Assembly: GCF_032444005.1 (NCBI RefSeq)
Contig: NC_091289.1
Span: forward strand, 22,444,001 to 22,508,000
DNA from: Ranitomeya imitator
Lineage: Eukaryota
DNA length: 64,000 bases
Direction: 5' to 3'
Part shown: piece after piece, positions 51,326 to 63,700 of the stretch
Layout: each line of letters starts with the position of its first letter
Position numbering within the stretch: the first letter of the stretch is position 1
Notes under the pieces: generated by a model
The model's input: the letters and a program-made list of their open reading frames with translations, nothing else
Told to the model about the DNA's origin: nothing
Database searches by the model: none
Made by a program: the position numbers and the translations under genes

Positions 51326-53429
51326 CTGAAAATAAACAAAAAAAAAAGGGCAAAATGATTGATACAAAACAATGAGATCTGTACAACAATTTATACTGTT
51401 ATAATAAACTAGCGGCCGAGGCTAAATAAAAGGTTCCCCAAAAATTTCTTTATTAGTGTTACTCTTTTTTGTCAAGGGGGGGGGTTAAAAAAGGAATATC
51501 ATTATGAAATGACTTACTGCTTAAATGACGTGTTTGTGGTAGATGTATATTTTTAATTTACATTTTTTTGATAATTTTTTTTATTATTATTATTTCAAAA
51601 TTTGTGTTTAAAAAAAAAAATCAAATATTGCAATCTTCACCATGACAAATGAAGCTATTTTAGCCTTATACTTTCTGTTCTTTGCAGAAAACTTTGCAGC
51701 AGTATCATGATCATCAAAGTCAGGATTACAATGGCCGGTAACACCTCCACAGCTAATAACAAAGGATCCACCTAACACAATAGGTGATGTCACAGCTCAC
51801 CATCTCCACCTCCCTTCACAATGAACTTTTGCACACGCTCATTAGATGCTTCAATGCAAATGATAGGGTCTGAGTCAGTCGACAGCTGCTAATGTACTTG
51901 TAGATTTATTTCAAGAACAGTAAGTGTGAGATGAGAATAGCCCCAGTGGCCAAAGTGAGAGTGCAAGAATTTTTTTTAATACAAATTGTGACATCAAAAA
52001 TTAAACAAAAAAGCCTAATTTATAAAAAAAATTAACATACAAACCTTATTTAACAGAAGGTAATTATCTGATGATACAGCCCAAATAAACTGGAGGACAT
52101 ATTGATTGGAAGATTATTATTTTGAAGCCATCCCTACAGCCTGTGAGACTGACTTTAATTTGCAACCTTCTTATAGGGAACCTGTCACATTGAGAATGTT
52201 AGCCAATCTGCAGCCACTATGCTATGGAGCATGAGGAGTCGAGCAGATTCTATATAATTTTATGGCAAAAACATTCAGCATAAGTTACAATTCTTTTAGC
52301 CAAACTTCTCCCCGATCTTGATTTTTTTTTTTTTTTAGACAAACTTTTCACCTGCCTTGCTCATGCATTTAGAGTAACGGTTTTAATTAAACAGCAGATC
52401 TATCAAATATCTGCACATCCTCCTTTCCCCCATGCTCAGACAGAGTGTTTGTAAATAGTGTCTGAACATGAGAGACGAGAGTAGAAAAGTTCACACTGGA
52501 GTAGGGATAACTAATAAATTTGGAGTTCAAAACATCTACTCCAAGTGCATGATGAACAAGGCAGTTAAAATATCCCTTTTGTGTTTGTAAATAGCGTCTG
52601 AGCATGAGGGACGAGGGTAGAAAAGTTCACACTTTAGTAGGGATAACGGATAAATTTGGAGTTCAAAACATCTACTCTAAATGCATGAACAAAGGCAGTT
52701 AAAACATCCACTTCAGCATGGCGTTTGAGAGAAAAGTAAGCAAAATAAAAGTAATGCAATATATTACAAAGGTTCTTAAGTTTGCAAAGACAGGTCAATA
52801 ATAAAACAAAAAAAAGTTTATTTACTCTTTTAAATACCATATATACGATTTTATTGCCACAAGTGAAAATTGCAGAATAAATGGCTTTTCAAATTCCTTT
52901 AGAACTTCCTCTAACAAGATTAGGAGAAAAAAAAAAAAACTACTGACATTATGAAAAATAGGCATTAAAATATTTTGGGTGACACTGAAAGAATTTATAA
53001 AATGTAAGGAGTTATGCAAATTTAGGTCGAATGCCAACCACTAGGTTGAATGCCAACTATCCATTTAGGTAATAATCAATTATAGCTCCTTATTATCTCT
53101 TCATTAAATTTCCACTGACACAAATCTAATTTATTATCATCTTATTTTACTAGCATTAATTAGTAAACTACTCAGCATTCCTCTTGCTGACTTGTCATTA
53201 AAAATTTGTTTCAGTCACTAACAAAATCCTTGCAGTAAATTAGACTCCACAATTTTTTCCTCCTATTAGAAGTACGGTAGTTCCTTTGGGACTACAATCA
53301 TTAAACTTCTGTAAAAACGGACTGAATAATCTAAAATGTGCAAAAACATTTACATTCAACTGCTTCTCTGTTTCCTTGACTTTTGAGTTTGTTCTCCAAC
53401 AATTTCTTTATTAGTGAAGTCCAACTTAA

Positions 53430-53933
53430 AAGGAATCAAACTCCCCTTTACAACAAGCCAAACATACGGACACGCAGGTCTTTGAAATAAAAATTTATCA
53501 ACACCTTTATATCTTCTATCTGTTGCTGCATTCCTGAGACATCAGCATTTAAATACACATGCAAATGAGACAGAAAGTTCTCTGGGAGTGACAAGGCACT
53601 TCCCAAGCCTTTGCCTCCCAAGGTTGTTTCTCCATCCAGCACCAGCCTCTTTAGCTTGACTGATGAATCACTGTCTGTGTGACGAGACAAAGTAATCAAG
53701 CTAAATATGCTTGGGCTCTGCAAGGAAACAACCATGGGAGGCAGAGACTTGGGAAGGTGCTGTCACACCCAGAGCACTTAATGAAAGCCTCATTTATATA
53801 GGAAATAAAACTTTGATTTCTCAGGAATGCAGCAACAGATAGAAGATATAAAAGGTGTCAAAAGATTTAGCTTTCAAAGACCTGAATGCACATATATGCA
53901 ATTTGGGGAGTTGATCTTGCTGACAGATACTCT
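53430..53933. mobile_element. Old TTAA MITE-like element
   Basis: TTAA at both ends; degenerate inverted arms. Confidence 0.45.
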
Positions 53934-54329
53934 TTAAGAGAGTTTTCCCTCTTCAGATTGGAGAAAAGTGGAAAAAGAGCATTTTCCACGCTGTTTGTGC
54001 ATTACAGGGTCAGTTACTGATTTCTTTGAGTACTGTGTAATACTTTGGCTCTTCTATGGTGGCACTGAAGTGGAAATATTAGCTAGTATATATCTTAATA
54101 GATCACATTGATCACTGAAGGACAACCTGTAAAACGCTTAAAGGGAATATGTCATCGGAAAATGACCAATTGTTTAAAGCAGGTAAGAATTTTTGTATGT
54201 TTTATTTTTAATTTCCCATATTACTTTTATGTGGCCTCGGCGTCTTCACCATCAGAATCCGGGAAACAGGATGAGCTAGGGCGCCCCTAGCATTAGGGAC
54301 AGTCCCGGGACAGCTGACAACTGAGTCAT

Positions 54330-54368
54330 GACACATGTTTCAGGGAGCTTGCACCTCCTCAGTGCAAA
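54330..54368 (-). ncRNA. Truncated hammerhead-like motif of the ~331-bp family
   Basis: TTTGCA-CTGAGGA-GGTGCAAGCTCCCT-GAAA-CATGT-GTC; the 3' arm of stem I is missing. Confidence 0.45.
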
Positions 54369-54739
54369 GCAAGAGATCTGTCTTCAGAAAATGATCTATT
54401 GTTTAAAGTAGGTAAGAATGTTGGATTATTTTTTTTTTAATTCTTCAAATTACTTTTTGAGATGAGCACATCTACTAAAATTCATTTCAGACAGATTAGT
54501 TCAAATCGACCCTGTAGATTCGATATGGTCCAAATCAAATGTGCTCCACTTGCTGTGAAAAGACATTACCTATGCTGAGATCTCTCCAGACTCCAAAGAG
54601 TAATAAACAAAGGGGGAAGGAAGGTGTTAAAAATAATAATCATTATGCTCACCTTTCTTAGGCCCTCCCATTAGGCTTATTCGCCGTGCAGTGCAATCCA
54701 ACAGTTGGCACCATAGTGTTCAAATCCTCGTCCTCTCTC

Positions 54740-55076
54740 GCATATTAAATTTCCCAGAGGAGCGTTGCACAGCGAATAAGTCTCCTTACAATGGCATGCC
54801 AGAGCCGGTATGTCACTCTCCATAAGGAGAAGCATTACCATTTGGACCTCAGTCCACAGCTCTCACCTAGAAATTTCAGTTCTCATACTTTGCACTGATG
54901 AGGAACAATAACCCGAAACACCGTGCCTGCAAATTGAGATTCTGATTTGGCTTTTATCCTAAGTCATATTGCAAGGCTCGTTAAAGGGTCGATAGTGACT
55001 TGTAGGATCGATGCTTCCAACAGGTGGCGCTATAGAGTTCAAGTTCTCTTCCTCTCTGAAGAGGCAGTTTGCATAT
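54740..55076 (+). mobile_element. Monomer of a hammerhead-bearing ~331-bp repeat (retrozyme/satellite-2-like)
   Basis: GCATAT recurs at 54740 and 55071. Hammerhead-like motif at 54889-54933. Homologous pieces at 17809, 36501, 54330, 55765 and 56085. Confidence 0.7.
54889..54933 (+). ncRNA. Minimal type-I hammerhead-like motif with cleavage triplet mutated to GCC
   Basis: TTTGCA-CTGATGA-GG(AACAATAAC)CC-GAAA-CACCGT-GCC-TGCAAA, 6-bp stem I. Confidence 0.6.
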
Positions 55077-55537
55077 GGTCTGTGTGGTAACTGAAGAAAG
55101 TAGATAAAATACAGCTTCTACCCCAACATTTTAGCGACTGGTAGGGGGTCTTAGAATCAGTCTTAGAACATGACAGGTAAATCTATGAATTTTACTGAGC
55201 GGTAATACATTTAGCAAATTGCCTTCATTTCTCGTTAATGTTGCATCATTACATTTACAAGAAAAACAGCCCAGGCCGCAGAGATGTGATATTAATGGCC
55301 CCCATTAACCTTGCGAATGGAGTAAATGTAATATTCATTTTTTTTTTTAAAGACTCATTCTGTCATAAGTTAATGTTACATATCATTTCATCTAATGACA
55401 ATATAACCTCGGGCTGTTCTTCCTTATCATACTTCACAAATCAAACATCGATCCGCCTGTCAAAAGCCCATCAACTAATCCATATGATAAGAGAGATTAT
55501 GTTAAGTACAGTAAATCAGAATATTAGGCCTTATTAC

Positions 55538-55681
55538 CTGCTATGACACCGACACAGATATATAATTGTATAAGACTGGTGCTAAAAGAGGCTAAAATCA
55601 ATCCAATTCCACTGAGGAAACCCCCAAAGATCACCACCGGTCTGCTGCCATATCGGTTTACCAGGATACTACTTACAGGAC
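55538..55681 (-). CDS. SLC16A7: Monocarboxylate transporter 2-like, 144-bp exon
   Basis: [49 protein letters not shown]; AG/GT boundaries. Not present in the supplied ORF track. Confidence 0.92.
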
Positions 55682-55764
55682 CTGAAAAATGCAAATAGAC
55701 ATGGTAACAATGTAACTAAAGATGATAAATTACAACATAAACATTAGGGTCTACATGATAACGT

Positions 55765-56348
55765 GTGTCCTTCGGGAGAGTGAAATGCCTTACATGGCAG
55801 TGTAAGGAGACTTATAGGCCATGTAATGCTCCTATGGGAAATTAAATGGGAAAGTTGCCTCTTCAGAGAGGAAAGGGACTAAAACTCTAGTGCTACTTGC
55901 TGAAAGTAGCAATCCTAAAAGTCAGTATAGACCCTTTAACGAGTCTTGCCAAAAAACAAGACAGACTCAAACCAGAATCTCTATTTGCAAGCACATGTTT
56001 CAGGGTGTTTGCACCTCTTCGGTGCAAGGAAAGAGATCTGATTTGTCTGTATGCGAGGCTGGGGTCTAGAGGTAACGTACACTGCCATGTCACTGTCCAA
56101 AGGAGAAAAGTTACCCCTTAGGCACCCGTCAGAGGCCTCTCATACAGCAAATTCATATCTCTTGCTTTGCACTGAGGAGAGGCAACACTCAAAAACACGT
56201 GTTTGCAAATAGAGATTCTGGTTTAGCTTTTATCCTAAGCGATGTGGCAAGGTTCGATAAAGGGTCGATATTGACTTTTAGGATCTCTTATTCCAGTAAG
56301 TGGCACTAGAGCTTTAGTCCTATTTCTCTTTGAAGAGACAATTTGCAT
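55765..56348. mobile_element. Old head-to-head pair of ~331-bp family copies (minus ~55765-56078, plus ~56085-56348)
   Basis: Mutually inverted and diverged. Both carry decayed hammerhead motifs (~55985-56027 minus; 56166-56209 plus). Confidence 0.7.
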
Positions 56349-56515
56349 AGAAAATAAACAATACAAACAGCAGCACGACAATATAGACATAAATTGTATA
56401 ATGCATGTTGGTTTAAAGAAATTGTCTATGTTTGATGAAACCTTCTCCAAGGTTTCAAGAGTCATTTTGTAATTTTACAGTTAAAAACCAAGAAAAACTG
56501 ATGGATTATTTTCAT

Positions 56516-57277
56516 TGTCACTTCCTCCTCCTTTCTTTCCAGCTGCTGGCCGGGGTCTGCCCACGGTGTGCAGATCCCCGAAACTGTGCTAAGGGCACGT
56601 GCGCACAGTCCTGCAGCAGTGGCTGGGAGGCACTTATTATTTAAGGCACCTCCACCTGCACGGAGGGGCCTGTGCAACGTTGTTAGTCTGTTCCCAGCAG
56701 GCTTTCCGCTAGTTCTGCTAGTGTCTGCCCGTCCCTAACCCTACCTGCTAATTCTTGCCTTGTTCCTGTCCGTTCTTGCTAACACCTGCTTTGTCAGTCT
56801 GTATTTCAGCCAGTACCACCAGCATCTGCCGTGCCAGTCTGTATCAGTCAGCCCCGCCTGCAATTGCCGTGCCAGTCTGTGCATCAGTCAGCCCCGCCTG
56901 CAATTGCCGTGCCAGTCTGTGTATCAGCCGTACCCACCTGCATCTGCCAGTGCTTATCTGTATACCACCTTGACCTGCCTGCACCTGCCAGTGCTTATCT
57001 GAATATCAGCTGGACCAGCCTGTGCCTATTTGTATACCAGCCATGCCCATCTGCATCTGTGGTTCCTGTGTTCCTGCCGTGCGCGCATCAGCTGTACTCT
57101 CCTGCTGGTCATTTCCTGCCGTGCGTCCAAGGTATATCTTGGAGTAGCACCTGGTGTCCATCGGGAGCTAAGCCTAACCCCACCATCGGGGGCTCTGATG
57201 AAGAGACAGGTGCCCACCGACTCAGGCCCCTCTAGGCTCTCCTCGAACCACCAGTGGTTCCACCACTCCCGTTAAAA
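56516..57277 (+). mobile_element. Probable degenerate solo LTR with internal ~35-bp tandem repeats
   Basis: TGTCA start and CGTTAAAA end; CCGTGCCAGTCTGT...CAGTCAGCCCCGCCTGCAATTG repeats. No clear TSD. Confidence 0.4.
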
Positions 57278-57299
57278 CTTGCCGACGAATGTTCCTCGC

Positions 57300-58480
57300 T
57301 CTTCCCATCTCTATAAAGTTTTAAAGCCACCAACCGTCATCACCTATCTCAGTAATGGGGACATCAATCTGTCTTCACCGAATACAGATTTTACCCATGA
57401 ATTAACAAAAGATCAATCCAGGAGGAGAAAGAGGCAGATTTATGCAATAAGATATTTTACAAAGTTTCTTATTATCATGTGATTTATTAAAAAAAATTAA
57501 AGCAACGGTTACTTTCTGCAGTCTAAAAATTATGCGGCAAAGACAGATGTCCATGTTCTCCCAGATCCTTCAATTTCAGCCTGGATAGGACCAACGTATT
57601 GGTTGCCTGAAGGGTATGACATCCCGACCTTGCCTCCCACTGCTGAGAACGCAATGGGGGGTGATTCCCACTACAGCAAGCTGCCTCCCAGTGGGAGATT
57701 TGTCTTTTCTGAGGTGTGTAACAATGAAGGGGGAACGGATACCCCATATAATCATATAGCGGACACCTTTCTTTACATTTTTCACTATATTGACTGGATT
57801 ATCGAAAAGGAGGAAGGAAATAAAGACATTAAAGGGGTTTTTTCCAGTACGAAGGGACTGTTCTAAAATAAAAAGATGTGAAGGTTACGTACCACTCCAA
57901 CCCTCCCTATCCCACCCCAGTCATCTCAACTAGACCAGGAAGTGATAAAGTCTCATCCATTCCGTAGCCGGACCGCTGAGGCCACTGGATGACTGCAACA
58001 TCAGGTGTCTTCGGATGAGACATATCATTGGTGCAACAGGGGCCCAAGAGATAAAGGGGCCCACTTTCACCTTCAAAACAGCAAGCAGGTCCAAAAAGAG
58101 GCCCTTGTTCTTGCACATTGGCCATCTTCCACCTGTGTCTGCTACTGTCGAAACATCACGATCTCCTACGAGATCTGATCTGTGTAGCCTTTCAGTGGTC
58201 CAGGTGCCTGTATGGATGGGATTTCATCAGACCAAGTCTGGTGAAGTCCGCCGGAGTGGCGTTGCTGGAGTTTTTGGAGACTGGAGTGGTAAGTATAATA
58301 ATACTCAGTTCTTTATTTTTAAAATCGATCCCTCAACCCTGGACAGTTACGAAAAGGTGGAGAAAACCCGTCAAGACCACTGGGCAAAGTGTAGGGGGCC
58401 ACCACATTTACGCTCCTTTATTCTAGCAATTGGTCCAACAATTCTATGTTCTTGTGATATCAAAAGACAGAAATGACTGC
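57300..58480 (-). mobile_element. Possible very old L1-like ORF2 3' remnant
   Basis: Only scattered resemblance (a GGL segment and an SPxxR motif) amid many stops. Confidence 0.25.
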
Positions 58481-59925
58481 AAAAAGTCAAGGTGTATAAA
58501 TTATAGAAAACTTTAAAGAAACTATTTATGAATGTGTTATTAGGACATTCTGAGTTAATAGATGGGTGATCCTCATATAGAGGAAATAGTGGCTACTAAG
58601 TTAAGAATCCACCATATCCATGAATTATGCAGATAAAACATTGATTTCAGATGTAATGCTTTATCTCACCTGCGGGAGTGCTGCAGGGAAACTTGATCAC
58701 AGGCAATCACTTGGGATTTCAGTTACAAAAATAGACATTCCGAAGTCTTTTCTATCCTATTCTACAATAAAACCTTTTTTAATATGGACTTTTTATAAAG
58801 CTGTAAATTAGACGCTGATATTTTTCTCACCTTTTTGTTAGTTAAGCTATAAGAAAAGTCAAGGAGAATTTGTAGAATGAAGCAGAAAAAAAAAAAGCAA
58901 AAAAGTCAAAGGGTTTGCAGATAGTCCTTACATGCTCCGGTGATAGAAGAGGAGCATCATTACCCACAGAACAAATGACTTCTCCAGCGAGCGTTCGGCA
59001 ATTTGTACTGAGAATGCCAGATTACAGCGAGCGAAAAAACAAGAGAAAAAATGCCCAGTCAGTGGCTCAGACAAATGGAGTGCAATTTAAAGACATAGAG
59101 ATGCACAAAGCATTTTCTTGCCAAGGTGAAAGCGATATAAGTAATGGGACAAAATGATTCCAGAGAGCGGAGAAAAGACAAAAGCAAGATGGAGAAGATA
59201 ATTTTTCAATGCATTATACTGGAAATTGTATATCATCCTGCATATATATGGACTGTACTAAACCCAGCGAAGCCATTATGGTTACCAAACAATGCAATCA
59301 TACATTTTCCATAACAAGCTGAAAAAAATAAAACAAAAATGATCCGAGCGCTGCCCGGTAAACCAGAAATCCTGCTTACTCACCTAGAATAGAAAAATAA
59401 AACTCGAGTTCTTGCCATAAAATGGAAAATGTACTTTTCCTTACTTAACAAGTAGAATAAACTTTTGAACTTGACTCGCTTAAGACCACGTGCACACGTT
59501 GCGGAAAGTGGTGCGGATTTTTCCGGACTGATTTTGGTAAATCACTATTTTCGGAGACCAAAACTTTTTTATTTTTCCGTCGACAAAGATGCCGTTTTCA
59601 TAAATATCATATTGAAAAACAGCATTTGTGGCATTTCAATATACAGTATATACGGTATGTTTTTTTTTTTTTGCTATATCATCATCGATCGGACCTTTGT
59701 GGAAAGTTTTTGTGATGCCAAATATGTTTATTTATTCTATTTTTTTTTAAAGTTCTTTATTTTTGTGTTAAACAAGGGGGGTGTGGTTCAAACTTAGTTT
59801 TTTTTTTTTTTACATTTTTCTTTACTTTATTTCTACCCCCTCTAGGGGGCTTAAAGTTTGATTGCTACTACTATATACTGAAATATTACAGGCTGCGCTT
59901 CATTAGGTATACAAAAATGACAGTG

Positions 59926-60068
59926 ACAGCAGGCACCCCCAGAATTCTACAAGATAACAGCTGGCACCCCTGAATTCTACAAGATAACAGCTGGCACCCC
60001 TGAATTCTACAAGATAACAGCTGGCACCCCTGAATTCTACAAGATAACAGCTGGCACCCCCGAATTAT
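59926..60068. repeat. 30-bp tandem repeat, about 4.5 units
   Basis: GAATTCTACAAGATAACAGCTGGCACCCCT repeated head to tail. Confidence 0.92.
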
Positions 60069-60705
60069 CTTCTATCTAAAGATTTCCCTACAGTAACCTT
60101 AAGGCAGAAGTGAATGAAGCACATAACTGGTTACTTGGAAGAGTCGGACACATGTCTGTAATATATTTATTCCATATTCTTTTGGTATGCCATAAATGTC
60201 TGCGATAGGAGTACCCCTTTAAGTACCACTTACTTGGACTCTACACTGAGGCAGAGGACATAATAGCCTAAATGGCCGCATTATTATTTTGTTAAAGGAT
60301 TTGCGTCAATCGTAATGGGGGTAGCATTCAATCAAACCAAAAAATATAATATGTGGACTTTGGCGAGCCACTTTATTCTGACACTTGCAAGACCATTTTT
60401 TACCATGAGAATAATATTACCACTTTTTCCATAGACACCAACACAACAGCTCCACCCTAGCCACCATTATAATTGATGCAAAAACATCATTCCGAACTGA
60501 CATGACCTGAATCGCATGGCAGGAAATGGAGTGGCCAAGTGTATAGCAACTTGTTACAGAGAGTCTTATTATTAGCTATTAAGAAACCAAATGATAAGAG
60601 ATCACAAATGTACATATTAGTTTAGGTAAGAAAAGTACTTTGCAGTCAGATCCTACCACACCCTTAGTAGACAGTTACTCAGTATTCTGTGGAAAGTGTG
60701 GTATT

Positions 60706-61080
60706 AACCTCTGCTACCTGATCCTGGTTTTCCAGGACCTCTGCTACCTGATCCTGATTTTCCAGTACCTCTACCACCTAATCCTGGTTTTCCAATACCT
60801 CTGCTACCTGTTCCTGGTTTTCCAGGACCTCTGCTACCTGTTCCTTATTTTCCAGGACCTCTGCTACCTGTTCCTGGTTTTCCAGTACCTCTACTACCTA
60901 ATCCTGGTTTTCCAATACCTCTGCTACATGTTCGTTTTCCAGGACCTCTGCTACCTGTTCCTGGTCTTCCAGGACTTCTGCTACCTGTTCCTAGTCTTCC
61001 AAGACCTCTGGTACGTGTACATCTGTGGCTTCCAGGCCTCTACTACTTGCCTCTGTCTCTCCAGGACCACAGCTACCTGT
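60706..61080. repeat. 30-bp tandem minisatellite, about 12 units
   Basis: ACCTCTGCTACCTGATCCTGGTTTTCCAGG variants. Confidence 0.9.
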
Positions 61081-63119
61081 TCCCACATGCCTCATCTGAA
61101 GGCTGCACCAACGTCCATGACCTTGGGCTCTGAGGATATACCTCCCCTAGTGAGCCTAACAGGGTCTACTGTTGGTTCAACTTGCAGCTTTTTATCAAGT
61201 ATAATCTGACTCCAGCAGCAGAGACACTGAGACATATTACAGGTAGTGGGGGGTGGGGGTCATTATCTCTGTAGGAAGTATGGGCGGATTTTTGTCTCTT
61301 TGATAAGCTATGGGGCAATGTCAGGAACAAAAAATGTTGGTTAGTTAAGGAGTGGAAGATCCAGTACCTATAGTGCTGGCAGATAGCATGAGAATTGATC
61401 CAGCAACTGAGCATATTAGACAGCTATTGGACAATGTCAGGAACAAAAGATGTTGAGAAGTTAAGGACTGGAAGATCCAGTACCTAAAGTGCTGGCAAGC
61501 AGCATGAACATTGGATAAGTAACTGAGAATATTGGACAGCTACGTGCACTAAAAGCAGTTTAAACATGATGTGGGGGATGAAGGTAGCAAAATGATGGCT
61601 TTCAATAGGATTGTGTAAAAGGTCAGGTACGGTTTAAAGTTGCTTTCAGCAGAAATGCCGTAATTGTCTGGACAGGACAGAGTCTCAAATTTCTCAGAGA
61701 AGATAAATTCATTGAACTTCATTGTGCCAGGCGTACATGTGTGCCCATATTGCCCTTCTTAGTGAGGGTTTCAGGATCTACAGAAGTTTACTTACTTTTT
61801 AAGCTATATACACCGGTAATCCTAGTATAAGTCAATGTTCGCCAATGCTATGACACCGACTAAATGGCCTCTTGTGTTGATAATGGACCCTAAAGCAAAT
61901 ATCACATTAGTTAATGAGTATTAGTGGGCTACACTAAAGGGGAGATTATCGATAAAATACAACACAAAATCTCCTGCTGTTAAAGCTGACAAGATACATA
62001 TAACGAGCGTGGGTCATCTCTGTTGTCTTTTAATTGGCCTAAACGTGGGGAAAGTTTACGAGACAAAGAGTTCAACTCTTTTACAGAAGTTAAACTTTTA
62101 CTTTCAAAGACAAGATAAAATGTCAAGGTGAAACCAAAAAACAGTTTTTTTATTACCATCTCTCTAAAGCTTAGAGTTCAGGACTGTGATTAAAAGGGAA
62201 CCTCGTGGGCCGCCCATTCTCTAGGGCAGTGTATCGAAATCTTTGAAGCCGAGAACCTTTCCAAAAAGTGATAAATGTTAAGAAAACTTTGAGTCTCTTT
62301 AGGCACGCTCATTTAGATTTTCCAAGAAGGATAGTGCAGCGTGAATAGACGTTTTTCTTGTCAAAAAGACAAAAACACCATGTGAGGACCCTGATGGACT
62401 CTACGTTAAAGTTTTGGAGTGGTCCTGTTGGGCACAATTGGTGTCTGTTGTGCAATGGATCTGGTACGGTGTCAGGAGGCGTTTTGATCCCAGAAGGAGA
62501 ACTAAAAGAGGCACGCTCAGTGTGCAGGGTAGAGTTTCATTTCTATGACCCACCCATTTACATAGGGCACTCTGCCAAAGAACCTCATTTAAAACACACA
62601 TGAGCTCCCTCCTAAATAAAGATATAGACCTCAAGCCAAATTACCTTATGTATAGAATCCAGGTTGAAACCCCAAAATAGACCCTACCCCTATTTTTTTT
62701 TTTTTTTTTTTAATTCCATACCAGGTCCTCCTGGACTCTAGATCATAGCTTCTTGTATAAAACAGACCACCTAAAAATGACCCCTGACCAGTCTACCTTG
62801 TATACACAGGTTCCCTAAAAATAAGCCCTATGTTAGACCTCCTAGAGCTTACAGACCCCAGTACCTCGTGTATATAGTCCCCTAAAGATTAGACCTCCAC
62901 CTCCTAACAATTACATACCTAAAAACACTACCTTTGTATATACAGACTGTCACACACCCAAATTACACTCCATAATGATGTCCGAACCCCACCCCTGACC
63001 CCTTAAAATGGTAAGACCGTATATGATACCATCAGACCTCCACTAGCTCAGACCACATAAAATGAGATATCCCCAGGTGAGACCCCCTAAAAATGACATA
63101 ACCGCATATAAATGTGATC

Positions 63120-63700
63120 GACCTAGAATGCTAGAAGTCTCAATATTTAGCAATCGAGTATTTTAAGGACATGACAACATAGTGTACGCTTGCAGGTTGT
63201 GCTATGTCGTGCACTTGTACATCCATATAGCAGAGTAATGTATATCCCGTTAAATCATACATCTTATAACCTAATAAGCATAATGGTCATTTGGATTTAT
63301 AATAGGACCTGATCATTATCTAATCTGTATAGAAAGCTTCACCATAATTGCCATATCGAAAGAAGCAAAGATTTATGTTGCAGCATAGTAACAATTTTCC
63401 CATTCACAAGCGAGCAAATAATTGATTCTTTCATACTATTATTCCACTTGTCTGATCGGAGGAGTCATTGCTGCATTTGAAGCAGTAATTGAATCAATAG
63501 TGAAAATTATTGGAACCCGTCAAAGTAAACAGTTGTCAATATATCTATTCACACATTTCCTTGAGGAATAACAGAGTATGAGCAAAAACAGAACTTTCAG
63601 AAGTTCCAGAATTGTTATTTCGAGGGAAATACAAGAATTTAGTTAATTAGATATGTCAGGATACTTTTGTAAAGATGCCAGAAACCTAAATGAATTTCAA
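63120..63700 (-). mobile_element. Possible decayed Penelope-like RT remnant
   Basis: Minus strand NRYIDNC (compare RYIDD) and downstream LDV..., SCH and LRL fragments; many stops. Confidence 0.3.

Noticed and set aside
57195-57201. CTGATGA as another hammerhead core (also near 37666)
   Set aside because: No correctly placed GAAA, stems or NUH triplet.
59926-60068. CRISPR-like 30-bp repeats
   Set aside because: Repeats are head to tail with no unique spacers, there are no cas genes, and the context is eukaryotic.
60640-61209. 189-aa hydrophobic, Cys-rich ORF
   Set aside because: An in-frame 30-bp minisatellite read as a 10-aa repeat.
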